DNA from: Podarcis cretensis
Taxonomy: Eukaryota
Direction: 5' to 3'
Length of the DNA stretch: 64,000 nucleotides
NCBI GenBank assembly: GCA_951804945.1
Contig: OX638149.1
Location: 74,834,001 to 74,898,000, forward strand
Below the pieces are notes generated by a model, which did not search any database, was not told the origin of the DNA, and saw only the letters and a list, made by a program, of their open reading frames with translations. This document shows positions 41,800-54,595 of the stretch, in pieces (position 1 is the stretch's first letter; each line of letters opens with the position of its first letter). The translations under genes were made by a program, and so were the position numbers.

Positions 41800-42267
41800 G
41801 TAGGTAAAATCTGTGTTTCGTGGGGCAAGATCTGTAGTCTTGCCTTTTTGTTTAGCAATATTTTTAGCTGTTTATATGCATTGCTGTGTTTTGAGGTTTT
41901 TCGTTGTTGTTCTTAACTGAATTTAATGTAAGTCACTTTGTGCTACTTTGTAAGAAAAGTGATGAACAAATACAATAATGCTAAATTTGTGTATTGCTAT
42001 GTCTTTCTGTAAAAATAAAATGTTCTATAAAGCACATGTAGAGGCGTTTCCATAGACAGTCAAGTATGTTTCAATAAACTCAGTTTGTGAATACAAATCC
42101 TAACAGTGCAGCCTATGCATGCCTATTCAGAAATAAGTCCATTGGCTTCAATGGGACATACTCCAAGATCAGTGTATATAAGATTGCACTGCACACCTCA
42201 GATCTGTGCAAAATATCAGCATAAGTTTACTGTAACCATGCGCTGAATTAATTTTGACCCTCCAGAC

Positions 42268-42591
42268 CAGGGGTCGGCAACGTGCGGCCCATGAAGACCA
42301 TTTTACTGGCCCACAAGCTACCCCCGAACCGAGCCGCCCACTTGGTGAATCCCCCGTGTGCTGTGCTAAACTGTGGGGACTTGCGCCTGAAATTGCGCCT
42401 GTGCACACGCAGACACTGGAAATTGCATCTGCGTGTGCCCAGACGCCGGAAATCGCTTGTGCGCAGGTGCAATTTTCGGCGTCTGGGCATGCGCAGATGC
42501 GATTTCCAGTGCCGTGCTGCGCCAGTCCAGCCCATGGATGATCTCTGTGGGAGTGATCCGGCCCATGGCCAGTAAACCTTGCTGACCCCTG
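42268..42591. mobile_element. Non-autonomous hAT element with internal ~30-bp repeats
   Basis: TIR caggggtcggcaa / ttgctgacccctg; TSD ctccagac / ctccaggc; internal units such as ggaaattgcatctgcgtgtgcccagac in both orientations. Confidence 0.85.
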
Positions 42592-42831
42592 CTCCAGGCC
42601 AAACATTCCCAACAGCCATGTATAGTGGTTTATCAGGAGCTCTACACAAGTTCCCTAGTTTTGCTGCCTGCTGGGGGCTGTTTATTTTTATTATTATCAA
42701 AGCCTTGGCAGGGCCTGTGGGCTGCAATTTGTCTTGGTGTATGTCTGCTTGTGCAGGCCTTCCCAGAACCATAAAATTCAGGTCTCTAAAAAAGCCAGTG
42801 GGTTGATCTATCTGTTCTTGGCTTTTTGTAG

Positions 42832-42951
<120 letters not shown>

Positions 42952-45278
42952 TAGTATTTCCCTGTCCTCTATGTACAGGCCATCTATTTCAGATGCTACA
43001 TAGCAAGGCAACATCCAGTAGTTTCTCTGAGAGGGAAGCCTCTGTGCCTCTGGAAGTAGAGGTGACTTCCCTTGCCTTAGGCAAGACCAAAGTTGTGGAA
43101 TGTCAGTCTTTAAAGAGCTTTCACTATGGCAATGATGACTTGAAGGCAGCTGGTTTAACCAGCAGCTGACCTGCACAGAATTATACAGACCGCATTGGAG
43201 AGTTGGTGTTGTGGATAAAGGGTGTTTTGTGTGGTTTAAGTTGCATTACTTTGAAAAGCAGCATGGTTTGATAAAGTTAGCAATGAGCATCAAACTTATG
43301 ATACCACAAGGATAGAAAAGGCTATTTATATGAACTAGGAATTTGGTCATCACTATTTCCTTCTGCTGGCTGAGGTGGCCTGCTCTTCTGTCCATTTCCC
43401 TCCCTACAAATGCTCACCCTTAGACAGGTCTGCTTGGCAGAACTTACAGCAAATATAAGGGAAGCCTGTTTTGGCTTCTTTAGGTGCAGCAAATACTATC
43501 AATAGGGGAGTGTTGAGAGAATGGATTATGGGTGCAGTCCTAAGATTCCTGGGAGGATGTCTTGGGGCCATAGAATAGGCAAGATCTACCCATTTGACAC
43601 CAGAGATTCAGAACCTCAACATTTGAGAGGTGTAGGTAGTTTTGGAGCATGCCTCCTCACTGCTGCAAGTATCTCCTAAGCCTAGCCCAACTGATATCAG
43701 AGCTATAATGTTGGTAGGGCCCCAGAGGAGGCCCCTGGAAGCAGCTAGGATACAGAATTCTCCTGGCCCTGCAAAGTGGGCAAAAGAATTAGTCACACTC
43801 TTGAGCACTCTGTTACTTCCAATGTGAGTGCCTTCAGTTTAGCACTGTAAATGAATTTACACTGGGTTTGTTATATTTTTAGGTTTGAACATATCAATGT
43901 TATCTGAGACAAGCAACAAATGAATCTTGACAAATATGCTGATAACTAAAACAAAAACAAAAAACCACACACAGAAGCAATAACAACTGGGTGTCTCCTT
44001 TTTGTTGAGTCCTCACTCCTAGTCCAAAATGAAGTATTGCAAGATTCCAAGCCAGTTCTTGCATGCTGTGGCCATTCTGCCATTGCTTCCAGTAGTATGT
44101 GAGGTTGTTAGACTCAGCCAGGCTGGAATTGCTCAGATGTTGTTTGTATGAAAAATGAATAGCCTGATTCCTCTAGTAGTGCTTGCTTGGGGTCAATAAG
44201 GCTTCTAAAGGATGGCAGGGAACCTGGGAACTCTGGTGTAGGGTCTCTTGTCACACTGATGGTGGCATCTAGGACAGCATCTCTCGGATCAGGCCAGGAA
44301 GAGATGAGAGGTGTAGAGAAGGGCATGTGAATTGACTTCCCTTAGTCTTTTTGCACTCCTTTAAAAAGTCATCATCTAGAGATGATGCCTGAACAAAAAA
44401 CCCTGGGAACAGGCTTTTCAGCCTTGGGAAGGTCTGCGACAGAGTAAGTTGACCAACTGGCCACAGTTCTAAGTGTAAGAGACCAGATACCAAGTAAATT
44501 GAATCCTTGTCAATCAAAAGCACAAAGCAGAGGAGCTACAGTGTATTGTTGCTTTTGCTAAAACTGCTGCTCTAAAACTGGCAGACAAGAGCTCTTCTTT
44601 GCTTCCTTTCCTGACCACAGTCCTTTGATAAAACTTCAAATAGCACTTAATGGCTTGGCAAACGGCACTTTTCCCCTGCTCCCAATGGTCAAATTGGAGA
44701 GCTTAGTCATGGTTTTCCCTTCCATTCTCTTTTCAGAGCAATACTCTCTGAAAACAGTAACTCCAGAAGGGGCCTGGGCTTTGCAGAAAAGTGTCTTGAT
44801 TTTTTTGTCTGATGTTTCTAAACAGGGTCTAATTGAAAGCAAAATTACATACATATATAACATTTAATCCTTTTTAAGGGAGAAGTAGCAGTAGAATTAT
44901 GATAGCAATAAGGGGTGTCTGAAGTCATAGCAGCTGCTCTTACCTCCAGATGAACAAAGGTGATTTAGTGCAAGCAGATATTTTACTGTTAGTTTCCAAA
45001 ACACTCTAAAAATAAGTTTCTAGCTCCGAAGCTAACACCTGGAAGAACACAGCCAGTTTCTTAGAGAGCAATCATTAGGACTTCAGGTTCTCTGAGGCAC
45101 AAATTCCCTTTATTCAGCTCATAAATCTGCCAGTGACCAGCCCTCAAAGGTGTCCTTCTCCTCCTGTGGGCCCAATTATTCCCCTCTTCCAGTTATGCTT
45201 TGTGCATTCAATTTGTCTGGAATTGTAAAATGCATTGTGAAATGTATCTTGAACAAACAAATGTGTTTATTTTTGCAG

Positions 45279-45452
45279 ACTATGCTGTGACTGCACACTC
45301 CAAGCTGGTCATCATCACTGCTGGAGCCCGCCAGCAAGAAGGCGAGTCTCGCCTTAACTTGGTTCAGCGCAACGTGAACATCTTCAAATTCATCATTCCC
45401 AGCATTGTCAAGTACAGTCCTGACTGCAAGCTGCTTGTTGTTTCAAATCCAG
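45279..45452 (+). CDS. LDHA: LDHA coding exon 3
   Basis: [57 protein letters not shown]. Confidence 0.97.
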
Positions 45453-47114
45453 GTTGGTTGTGTCCTGCTCTTAACTGCTTATGGACCATAATTCAACCTC
45501 CAGTCCTTTGAAAGGAGAAATTGCTTGCTTCCAAGAAGGAAATCGGGGAATCCTGAAAGCATTCCAAGTTTTCCCTTGGCCATGAAAAGGAAAATATCTA
45601 TTCCACCAGGACATCATGGTTTAACACTTAAGTTTAGATTCTGAAGTGGGACCTGCAATGAAATATCGTCCCATGGAGTGTTCCTGCTCAGGGTTCCATT
45701 CAGCCATGCCCTTTCCCAGAATACTCCATTCTCTTACCTTTTTCCATGTCCCCACCCTATCTACTCAGCAGCCAATCATCATTCCATGCCCACTGATGGC
45801 GCTGTCTTTCATTGGGCTGTTACAGGTCACACCCTCCCTTTTCTAAAGATTTCATGGACTTCTGGGTTCCATAAACTTGCTCATAACTCCTTTTTGAGTG
45901 TGGGTGGTGCTGTTTTGGCTATATAAGGATCTTCATTTGAAGAATTATTTTGCTATCTAGTATCTACGATGATTGGAACTATGGTGGTGACAATCGTGGC
46001 TAGGGTCTGCTAAGAGATCACATCATTCCACTGTCTCATGGGAAATACAGCAGTACTTCCATGTTTGATTGTTAGGGTGCAGTCTACAGGAAACGCCTAA
46101 CTTTTCCCCATGTAAAACGAGGTGCTTTGCCTAGTACCTAGCTAGTAGCTCATTTACACCATATTACTCTCTGTGCCAACGCACTTGGACACTCTTCTCT
46201 GATCTATTTACACAGTGGCTGCATTCAGATGCCCTGGTAAATCATGGTGGATGGACCATAGCTCAGTGTTGAAGTGTGTGTTCCTAACATAAGAAAGTTG
46301 AAGGTTCAAACCCTGACATCTCCAGATAGAACCAAGAAAGATTCCTTGGCAATGCCAAGCTGGATGGACCATGGCCCCAACTCTGTAAGGCAGCTCTTGA
46401 ATTCCTATGAGCCCTGGGGTCATGTTCCCACACCCAGCCCTTGTGGCTATGAGGTTGGAAGCTTTCCTTTTGATGGGTTCAGAAGAACAAATAAACTGTA
46501 GTTAATAAGGAAGTGAAGGCTTCCAAACTTATCCTCGGGGCTGGAGAAGATGGGAAGAGGTGCAAGCCCAAGGCTCTCCTAGTCTTGCTTCGACCCCAAT
46601 AAGCCATAGCTTACCATGATGTCTGGATGCAGAAGTTCAGGAAGTTAAACTAGAGACTTTGGCAGAAGGAAAGAGCTTTGGTTGCTCTGCTGGGTAAGAG
46701 CTTGTGGAGGTGTTGGGATACTTGTAAGATGCTATGTCCTGCTTCAGTCCTGTCTGCATGCCCTGAGTCTCTCCCTGAGTCCTCTGTAAGACACAGATAA
46801 TTCTGGAATGGTGCTGTTTAACTCACAGGGGACATCTACTAGGAAAGTCAGAACCATAGTACGAATCACTCTTGCCTGAGCACCTCATATTAAAATGAGA
46901 GGATTGTAAAGAAGCACCTCAATATTCCCTCTGCCCTTCAACTGCTGCCTGGAGCGAGGATGGTTTTGGCGTTTCATCATTAAGGTAGCCTTGTGTAGAA
47001 TAGGAGATGAAATTAAACAGCCTCTCTTTGTGGAGAAGGATTGCAGATTCCCAGTGTTCTCTAAGCTTGTCTGTCTTCAATAGTGCATATGACAATCACT
47101 TTCTAACCAAGTGA

Positions 47115-47318
<204 letters not shown>

Positions 47319-47474
47319 TAATCCATTTGCTACCCAACTCTCAAAGGAGACAGACTCTTGCATTCTGACTTCCTTCTTGGAAGATGGGGAGTGGGATTGG
47401 AATATACTGATGGTAACAGTACTTGGTGAAAAGGAGAGTAATAGAGCATTTCCCAGATCTACCTCTTGGAACGC

Positions 47475-47682
47475 AGAATCGTAGTTAGAAGGAACCTTTG
47501 AGTTAATGTAGGCTAGTCCCCTGCTTAATGCTGGATCCTCCAATGCATGGTGCATGTACAGCATCCCTGATAAAGAACCATCCATTGTCTACTTAAATGC
47601 CTGCAATGAAGGAGAGCCCATCGCCTCCGGAGGCAGTGTTCCATTGTTGAGGAATTCTTATCATTAGGAAGCATCTCCTAAC
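47475..47682 (-). mobile_element. CR1-like LINE 3' fragment
   Basis: gaaggagagccca...aggcagtgttccattgttga...aggaag pattern of reverse-oriented CR1 3' ends. Confidence 0.55.
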
Positions 47683-48875
47683 ACTGGGTTAGGTAACATA
47701 GTGTTCTCCAGATGTTGCTGAACTACAGCTCTTATGACTGACCATGATGGGCTGATGGGGAGTTGGAATCCAACAAATGACAGCTTTTTGGAAATTTGAA
47801 GACTGCTATAGAATTGTTGACCACATCAGACTTAGGTGCTGGGCAAGCCCACAGAGAGGTTTCCATACTCTTCCCTCTGTATGGAAGTTAGGAATATAAT
47901 CTAGCTGTCCCTACTGCATGAAGTAATACTAGATGGTCTATATTTGACTTGAGCAGTTCTGTTGCAAAAGGTCAGCTTTGTAATCCAAGTAGGCCATACC
48001 CTACCAGGCTAAATTCTACCCTTTACTCCTAACTGGGGAGTTCACAGTAAATCCTTTTCATGTCAGAGACCCTTGCATGCTGGTGTTCAGTAAAGCGGTT
48101 ACAAGTTATTTGTCTTGGCCCCTCTGTCATCCTATATTTGGGAGTTGTGTGATCTCATACAGCTCTGTACCAATACTGCCACTAGAATTCTTTGATGCAT
48201 AAACTCAGATTCTACACCACTACTCCTCTATCCCATCTCACAGCAGTGAATATAAACACAATCCCCTCTCCCCTCCCGAGTGCACTGTTCTGGGGTTTCT
48301 CTCCCTCTCCGACACCCCAAGCCAATTGGTGGTGGGGGGGGGGAGGTAGAGGGGAAAGCCACCGTGCACTAGCACAAGTCCTTGCACGAGCTTCCTTTAG
48401 CAGGCTTCATTACTTGAATCTGGCCCTCAGCTGTGTACTTTGCTGCTTGCTTGCCTTAGGTGAGCAGCTGCCGCCGCCACACTCCTCCTTGAATGACAGA
48501 TTATATGCAGTATATGGCTGCCAAGTCTTTCTTCTGCCCCAAGGGCTATGGACCATTTTAGGAAGATATGTGTGCATAGCCACAGCAGGATGAAAACTCA
48601 CCCTTTTCCCTGGGTTTATGAGTTAAAAGGAACAGGTCAGTGGCTAATCCAACATGGATGAGCACAAGGATCCATCTCCACTGCCTGTTAGCCAAAGTTT
48701 AAGGGGAAGGTATGTGTGCATAGCAAGATTCTTAGTAATTATAAAACTGTACTTGGTACATCATGCTACATTAACTGCCCAGCTCAGATCTGTGCGAAAC
48801 ACTTGTGAATCTTAGTTTCTGTGAAGTTGGAAAACATTCTAGATTGCTCAGAAAAATCTTCTGCATTTTATTCAG

Positions 48876-48993
48876 TGCCTGTCTGGAGTGGCGTGAATGT
48901 TGCTGGCGTCTCTTTGAAAACTTTGCATCCAGACATGGGGTCTGATAGTGACAAGGAGAACTGGAAGGAAGTCCACAAGCACGTGGTAGAAAG
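48876..48993 (+). CDS. LDHA: LDHA coding exon 5
   Basis: [38 protein letters not shown]. Confidence 0.96.
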
Positions 48994-49993
48994 GTAATCT
49001 TTATCTCGTCTCTGTGTGAGACAGGAAATGGGGTTCCACTGAGCTTCCAGAAATTGCCTGTGTCTCATTTTCAAGGATGCCACAGCCTACATTGCTTCAA
49101 CGAGGTCCCCTGATCCTTAATAGAGCATTTTTGCCTCATGACATGCACTTAACTTTGGACCAAACCCCTTCATTTCCCCACAATATAATCTCCAGTTGTC
49201 AAGTTTTTAAGAAATATTGATTTAGATTGCTGTTTATAGTGCCAGATTACTGAAGAGTGCTTTTCCAGTATTGGAAACCACTGTTCAGCAGTTAATTTCC
49301 CTTTGTTGATAGATACTATATAGCAATCACTATATTCTGCACTGTGGAATTTGAATGTGTTTTGAAAGCAAAATAAAGTAAATTGTGCATACATTTCACA
49401 TTCCTGAAGGACTGATCCATTTACAAACTGCCCTGGTTCATGTAACATGCTAGGTAATAGTTAATGTTAATGTTTAACTATCATGAAATGTGAATTAGCA
49501 GCTTGTTAGTGTAGGCGTTCAAAAATGCAGATTGCTTCTCCCTCATTCTTGCTACATGCAACAACCACAAGCTGTGGCTTGTTGTGCCATATAATCTGAA
49601 CCCTGGTTTGCCTATTTCCAAACCAACCATTGTCTAACTTTGCTTAGACAATGTGACAAGCCAAGGCTGATAGCTTCTCCCCTTGCCCCCATCCCCAAAT
49701 GGTGTGGCCAGGAAGGGAGAAGGAACAAACAAAGCAAGGGCTTTGAGATTGCTGCTCATTTGTATTTAATGTTTAAATATTAACTATGGCTTGAAAAAAA
49801 TGTGCAAGCAAAGCCACTCCATGCAGGCACCAACATCTCTACAGGGGAAGGCTAGTAGCTTGCTTGTAAAAATAATAAATTAATTGATCTAATGCCTGCA
49901 ACAGATGCCGTTTGAAGATAGAGGATAAGTAGCCTCAGATGGACTTCACCTGAAGTATAGATTGACAGCTATGATGTTGCTTAATAGACATGA

Positions 49994-50236
<243 letters not shown>

Positions 50237-50418
50237 TAGTCAAGCTAACAGAGGCAGTAGCTGCCAAAGTAAATGAGTTTGCTTTAAATAAGGAACAGAT
50301 CTCCCTGTGTAAGGATGGCGCTTTCTCCCCCTTCCCACTAATGGGGAAAGCGTTTATTACATGCAAATCAAAACATTATTTAATTGGCTTAAGTCTTTCT
50401 TTTTACTGTTCTTTCTAG

Positions 50419-50583
50419 GGCATGCATGGAATTAAAGATGACGTCTTCCTTAGTGTTCCTTGTGTCCTGGGCTACTCAGGAATTACCGACGTGGTGAAAA
50501 TGACCCTGAAGAGCGAAGAGGAAGACAAGTTGAGGAAGAGTGCAGATACACTCTGGGGGATCCAGAAGGAACTTCAGTTTTAA
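50419..50583 (+). CDS. LDHA: LDHA last coding exon
   Basis: [54 protein letters not shown]. Confidence 0.97.
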   Translation, partial: GMHGIKDDVFLSVPCVLGYSGITDVVKMTLKSEEEDKLRKSADTLWGIQKELQF

Positions 50584-51191
50584 GCCTGATGTCCTATCAC
50601 TTCACCGCTTAACTAGTGTTTAATGGGTCTTAGTGGATTGTCTTGTTGCACTTTTCAGATAGATCAACTCCCTTTACGATGTGTGTCAACTACCAACACA
50701 ATGCAGAGCTAAATTTGCAAATGAAATGCCTATTTTATCCAGTAGGAAACTTGCAGCTCCTGTTTACCACAACCCCGGTCTGTGGCCAGAACTGGAAGAA
50801 CCTAGTCTCTTGTTAAGTGGTGTAAAAGTAGATCCAGCATGCTCTGAAACAACACTGCCAAATGAAGCTTCCTGCCTTTCCTCAGCTAAACTTTAGTCAC
50901 TCAGAAGAGAAGAGCTCAATTGGTCTTCCAAAAGCTGTAGAAAACCAAAGAATATTTTGTGATCAAAAAGGACTGGCAGATTCACTGACCAATATTCTCT
51001 GCTTAACAGATGACTTAAATCTCCAGTATTGAGCAGTTCTAAATGTCCTTTTTCCTTAGTCTTTGTGCATACTTTTCAAGAGAACCATGTGTACTCTAGA
51101 GGAGTGTCTTAAATGTTATGTAAAAAAACCTCTGTATGCAACAATTACAACTGATGCAATTGTCTAACTGTAGTACCAGCCCAAGCAACAA

Positions 51192-51197
51192 AATAAA
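51192..51197 (+). terminator. LDHA polyadenylation signal
   Basis: AATAAA about 610 nt after the stop, followed by GT/T-rich sequence. Confidence 0.7.
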
Positions 51198-51676
51198 CAG
51201 TTAACTGCTACTTCTCCGTGTCTATATGGTTGGCCGTAAACATGACTAATCTTCAACCTCCAGGTTTTGTACAGCAGTTAATAGACACATGCACCCTTTA
51301 TTGCCATGTAAGCCAGGGTGGGCAGAGAATAGATCTGTGTTATCTAAAGTAAACCAACAAGGATTAATGACTCCCTCCCGCTCCCAAATACAGCTAAAAT
51401 GAAAGTCAGAGGGTGCAGGTCAACCAACAGTACATTATTGTAATTAATTCCATAATGGTCCCCAAGACTAAATCTGATCAAATGGACAATGTGCCCTATA
51501 ACTGACTAAACTAGCAAGGTTATTGTGAATAGGGGGGCTGATAACTGATCTGCAATTCTAAGCATACATAGTCCCCCTGAACAAAATGGGCCTTATTTCT
51601 TCTGTGTAAGTATGCAGTGGATGAGACTAGAAAACAAACACACATTTTATCCCAACCTGCTACTAACTTCTACGCT

Positions 51677-51820
51677 TTTATTATAAATTAATCTTGAAAG
51701 TACACGTATGAAGTTTCCAGCTACATTCTACATTAGACAAACTTGAGACTACAGCAGTGGCATTCGTTACAGAAATGTCTGTAGCACCCCCAAAAAAGTG
51801 TTAACACAACAAATTTTATT
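51677..51820 (-). terminator. TSG101 polyadenylation signals
   Basis: Minus-strand AATAAA at 51815-51820 and 51677-51682 downstream of the TSG101 stop. Confidence 0.55.
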
Positions 51821-52042
51821 TAGCCATCAGCCCACAAATGCAAAAGGTTTACAGAGATTAGAAAGTGCATTAATAAAGCTAGTCCTTACCAAAAAAAAGA
51901 AAAAAAGAAAATATATTATCCATTCAAAATATTTTACAAGTTGAATGATGTAATAACTTATTCTGGCCACTTACTGATTAAAAGGAAAAAATAAATGAGG
52001 ATATGACCACTTGGACTACACCACTCTTCCCTAAGCCATGGG

Positions 52043-52132
52043 TCAGTAGAGATCACTGAGTCCTGCCGTTTTTCTTGCTTTCTGCATGAGTGCCCGCAGC
52101 TGAAACTGCTTGCGAGACAAGAGGCGGACGTG
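52043..52132 (-). CDS. TSG101: TSG101 last exon (steadiness box end)
   Basis: HVRLLSRKQFQLRALMQKARKTAGLSDLY*. Confidence 0.97.
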   Translation of the reverse strand, partial: HVRLLSRKQFQLRALMQKARKTAGLSDLY

Positions 52133-52286
52133 CTGAAAAGAAAAAACAGGCCAGGGTAAATCATCTGAGCATGATCCAACAGAAGTTATAACATTTTAAT
52201 TTGATCAACTTCAATGGGACATCTTTGTAATAAAAGAATATTTAGGTCCAGATTTTGAATTTAAAGACAAGTTGAAAAGTAAGATA

Positions 52287-52518
52287 CAGTGGTGCTCCGC
52301 AAGATGAATGCATCGCAAGACGAAAAACTCGCTAGACGAAAGGGTTTTCCGTCTTTTGAGGTGCTTCGCAAAACGAAACGTTTTGCGAGTTCTTGCGAGT
52401 TTTTTTCCTTTTTTTCCTTTTTCTAAGCCGCTAATAGCCGCTAAGCTGCTAATAGCCGTGCTCCGCAAGACGAAGAGACTCGCGGAACGAATTAATTTCG
52501 TCTTGCGAGGCACCACTG
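52287..52518. mobile_element. Tc1/mariner-type MITE
   Basis: TA|cagtggtgctccgcaaga ... tcttgcgaggcaccactg|TA. Confidence 0.85.
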
Positions 52519-52637
52519 TACCATTTTTATTGGCATTTTCTCTTTGACTGTATGTCCCAATAATTTCAATGGTGTAAATTTTGACATTTTTAGATTCTTA
52601 TAAAATAACTTTGTGTAATGGTGCATGTAACATATAC

Positions 52638-52773
52638 CAGTGTTTCTCAAACTTGGGTCCCCAGCTGTTGTTGGACTACAACTCCCATAATCCCTGATAA
52701 CTGGTACTGCTAGCTAGGGATGATGGGAATTGTAGTCCAACAACAGCTGAAGACCAAAGCTTCAGGAACCGTT
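52638..52773. mobile_element. Palindromic ~135-bp hAT-like MITE (degenerate right end)
   Basis: Same family core as 31437. Confidence 0.75.
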
Positions 52774-53225
52774 TACTAGACACATGCAGTCACCCACACA
52801 ATATCTTGAATCAGCCAAAATGGGAAAAGGTAAAGAGGGCATTTGGTTGGCCATACAGCTACAAGCACATCCTCAAGACCCAAAAGCTGAAACTGATCCC
52901 ACAAAACCTGACCAGACAGTGTATTAAATGCTTCACTCAGACCTGTTACAACAAGAATATATACACAGTGGTCCAACTCATCATGGGAAGACAGGTTATT
53001 CTGTTCTACAGGCTTATATCTTCCTGGCTGTCCGGTGTGTAAGGTTCTAAACTACAGTTTTGATGATGTGTGAGAGAGATAACCATCCAATGCACTTGAA
53101 AAACCCTCCCCTCTTCTCTACATTTGAAGAGGCATTAGAGTTAAGAATTAGGAACACAACTATTGGTTTCAGTGGACCAGAAAAACTGTACATGAACGTA
53201 CCTTTGAATATTTACTCAAACCTAC

Positions 53226-53465
53226 CTTTAGAAAGATATCAAGATCAATAACTCCACGTCTCAATGCTTCACCCAGGTAAAAGATGGTATCTTCAATGGC
53301 ATTTTCCTCAGCATACAAGTTCAGAATTTGTTTGTAAAGTGGCGCTGTAGGAACAATAACTTCGTCTATGTCATTATTTTCTGACTGACTCTCCATTTTT
53401 TCCAAGGCAGAACTCAGCTCTTCATCTTTCTTTTTCAGGAGGTCAATGTTCTTGTCAACTTCAGC
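53226..53465 (-). CDS. TSG101: TSG101 exon 9
   Basis: AEVDKNIDLLKKKDEELSSALEKMESQSENNDIDEVIVPTAPLYKQIL...DLDIFLK. Confidence 0.97.
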
Positions 53466-54392
53466 CTAAAAAAACAAAACAAAACAAAAAGGTTTGTTTT
53501 AAGATGCTGTGATACCTATTTAATCAACACTCTAAATTCTCTTTTAAAGTCCATGGAAGGGAGTCCCAGGTACCACAGGAAAGAGGTTTCCCTCCTGCCC
53601 TCAAACACCTCCCATGGCATGTGAAGAAATTACTCCCCCACTGCTCTGAGGGCAATAATGGCAAAAGAGGTTTCTGCCTGGGGAAATTTGGGACCCACTG
53701 AATCCCAAACTCTCCTGTTCCCATAACATACCTCTGGAACGGGGGGGGGGGGAGGGGGGCAGTACATGGTCCTGAAGATGGTGTACTCAGTTTCCCGTCC
53801 TTTTGGCACTAGACGGGAAAATGTGGCGGTAGGCAGAGTGGGCAAAGGACAGGGTAGTTGCAAAAGAAAAAAAACCAGGATGGGTGCTACAACACCACCT
53901 TTTGCCCTGCCAGCGTAAGGCCGGCAGGACTTTGGGTGTGGCAGTTTCTTTGCCTCAGTAGGATTGCTCCGTAAGACTTTAAGAGTATTTATGTATGAGA
54001 ACAGCATTTAACTGCTTATTTGGATGTTCTCAAAATTTCACCATTACTGTGCTATCGACCTTGTAAATAACCATAGACACAGGACAAATAATTGTAATGT
54101 CTCTGCAGTTTTAAGACCACTATCCTCACCTGCAAATAATGAATCAGTGGTGAGGAATAGATGGCTAGAAAGAAAAGGGCTACATTTTTCATTGCCTTAC
54201 CTACCACACAATGGATGCCAAGAGCTACAGGCAACAGAATCTACTGCAAGGAAGGAAATGTTCCAGCTGCTTTGAGCAACGAAAAAGGCTTCGTTGTTGT
54301 TTGAAAAGACATGGGAAGTCATGAGCCCAATGCTTTTAATTGCTTAAAAGGAAAAAAAACAAGGTATATGGCAAGCCTTTTCGTTTGCTTAC

Positions 54393-54595
54393 CACTTCCT
54401 GGTCTAGGCGAGTTACCATCTCCTCAAGCTTTTGGTGACCTTTTTTCAAGTCTTCCTCTGTGCGCTTCAAGGCATTGAGCTCTGCCTGGGCACGGTCCAT
54501 TTCTTCTTTCATTCTCCATCTCAACTTATCACTGACTGCTGAAATAAGCGAAGCTCGAATGGTATCTTCGCTAATGGTGCCATCTCTGCTGGGAC
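54393..54595 (-). CDS. TSG101: TSG101 exon 8 (coiled coil)
   Basis: PSRDGTISEDTIRASLISAVSDKLRWRMKEEMDRAQAELNALKRTEEDLKKGHQKLEEMVTRLDQEV. Confidence 0.97.

Noticed and set aside
42169-42772. 147-aa and 174-aa ORFs in an LDHA intron
   Set aside because: Arise from the GC-rich non-autonomous hAT element at 42268-42591
50581-50589. Stop-codon readthrough extension as in LDHB (peroxisomal LDHBx)
   Set aside because: Stop is TAA followed by GCC TGA; no TGA-CTAG context and no PTS1 extension
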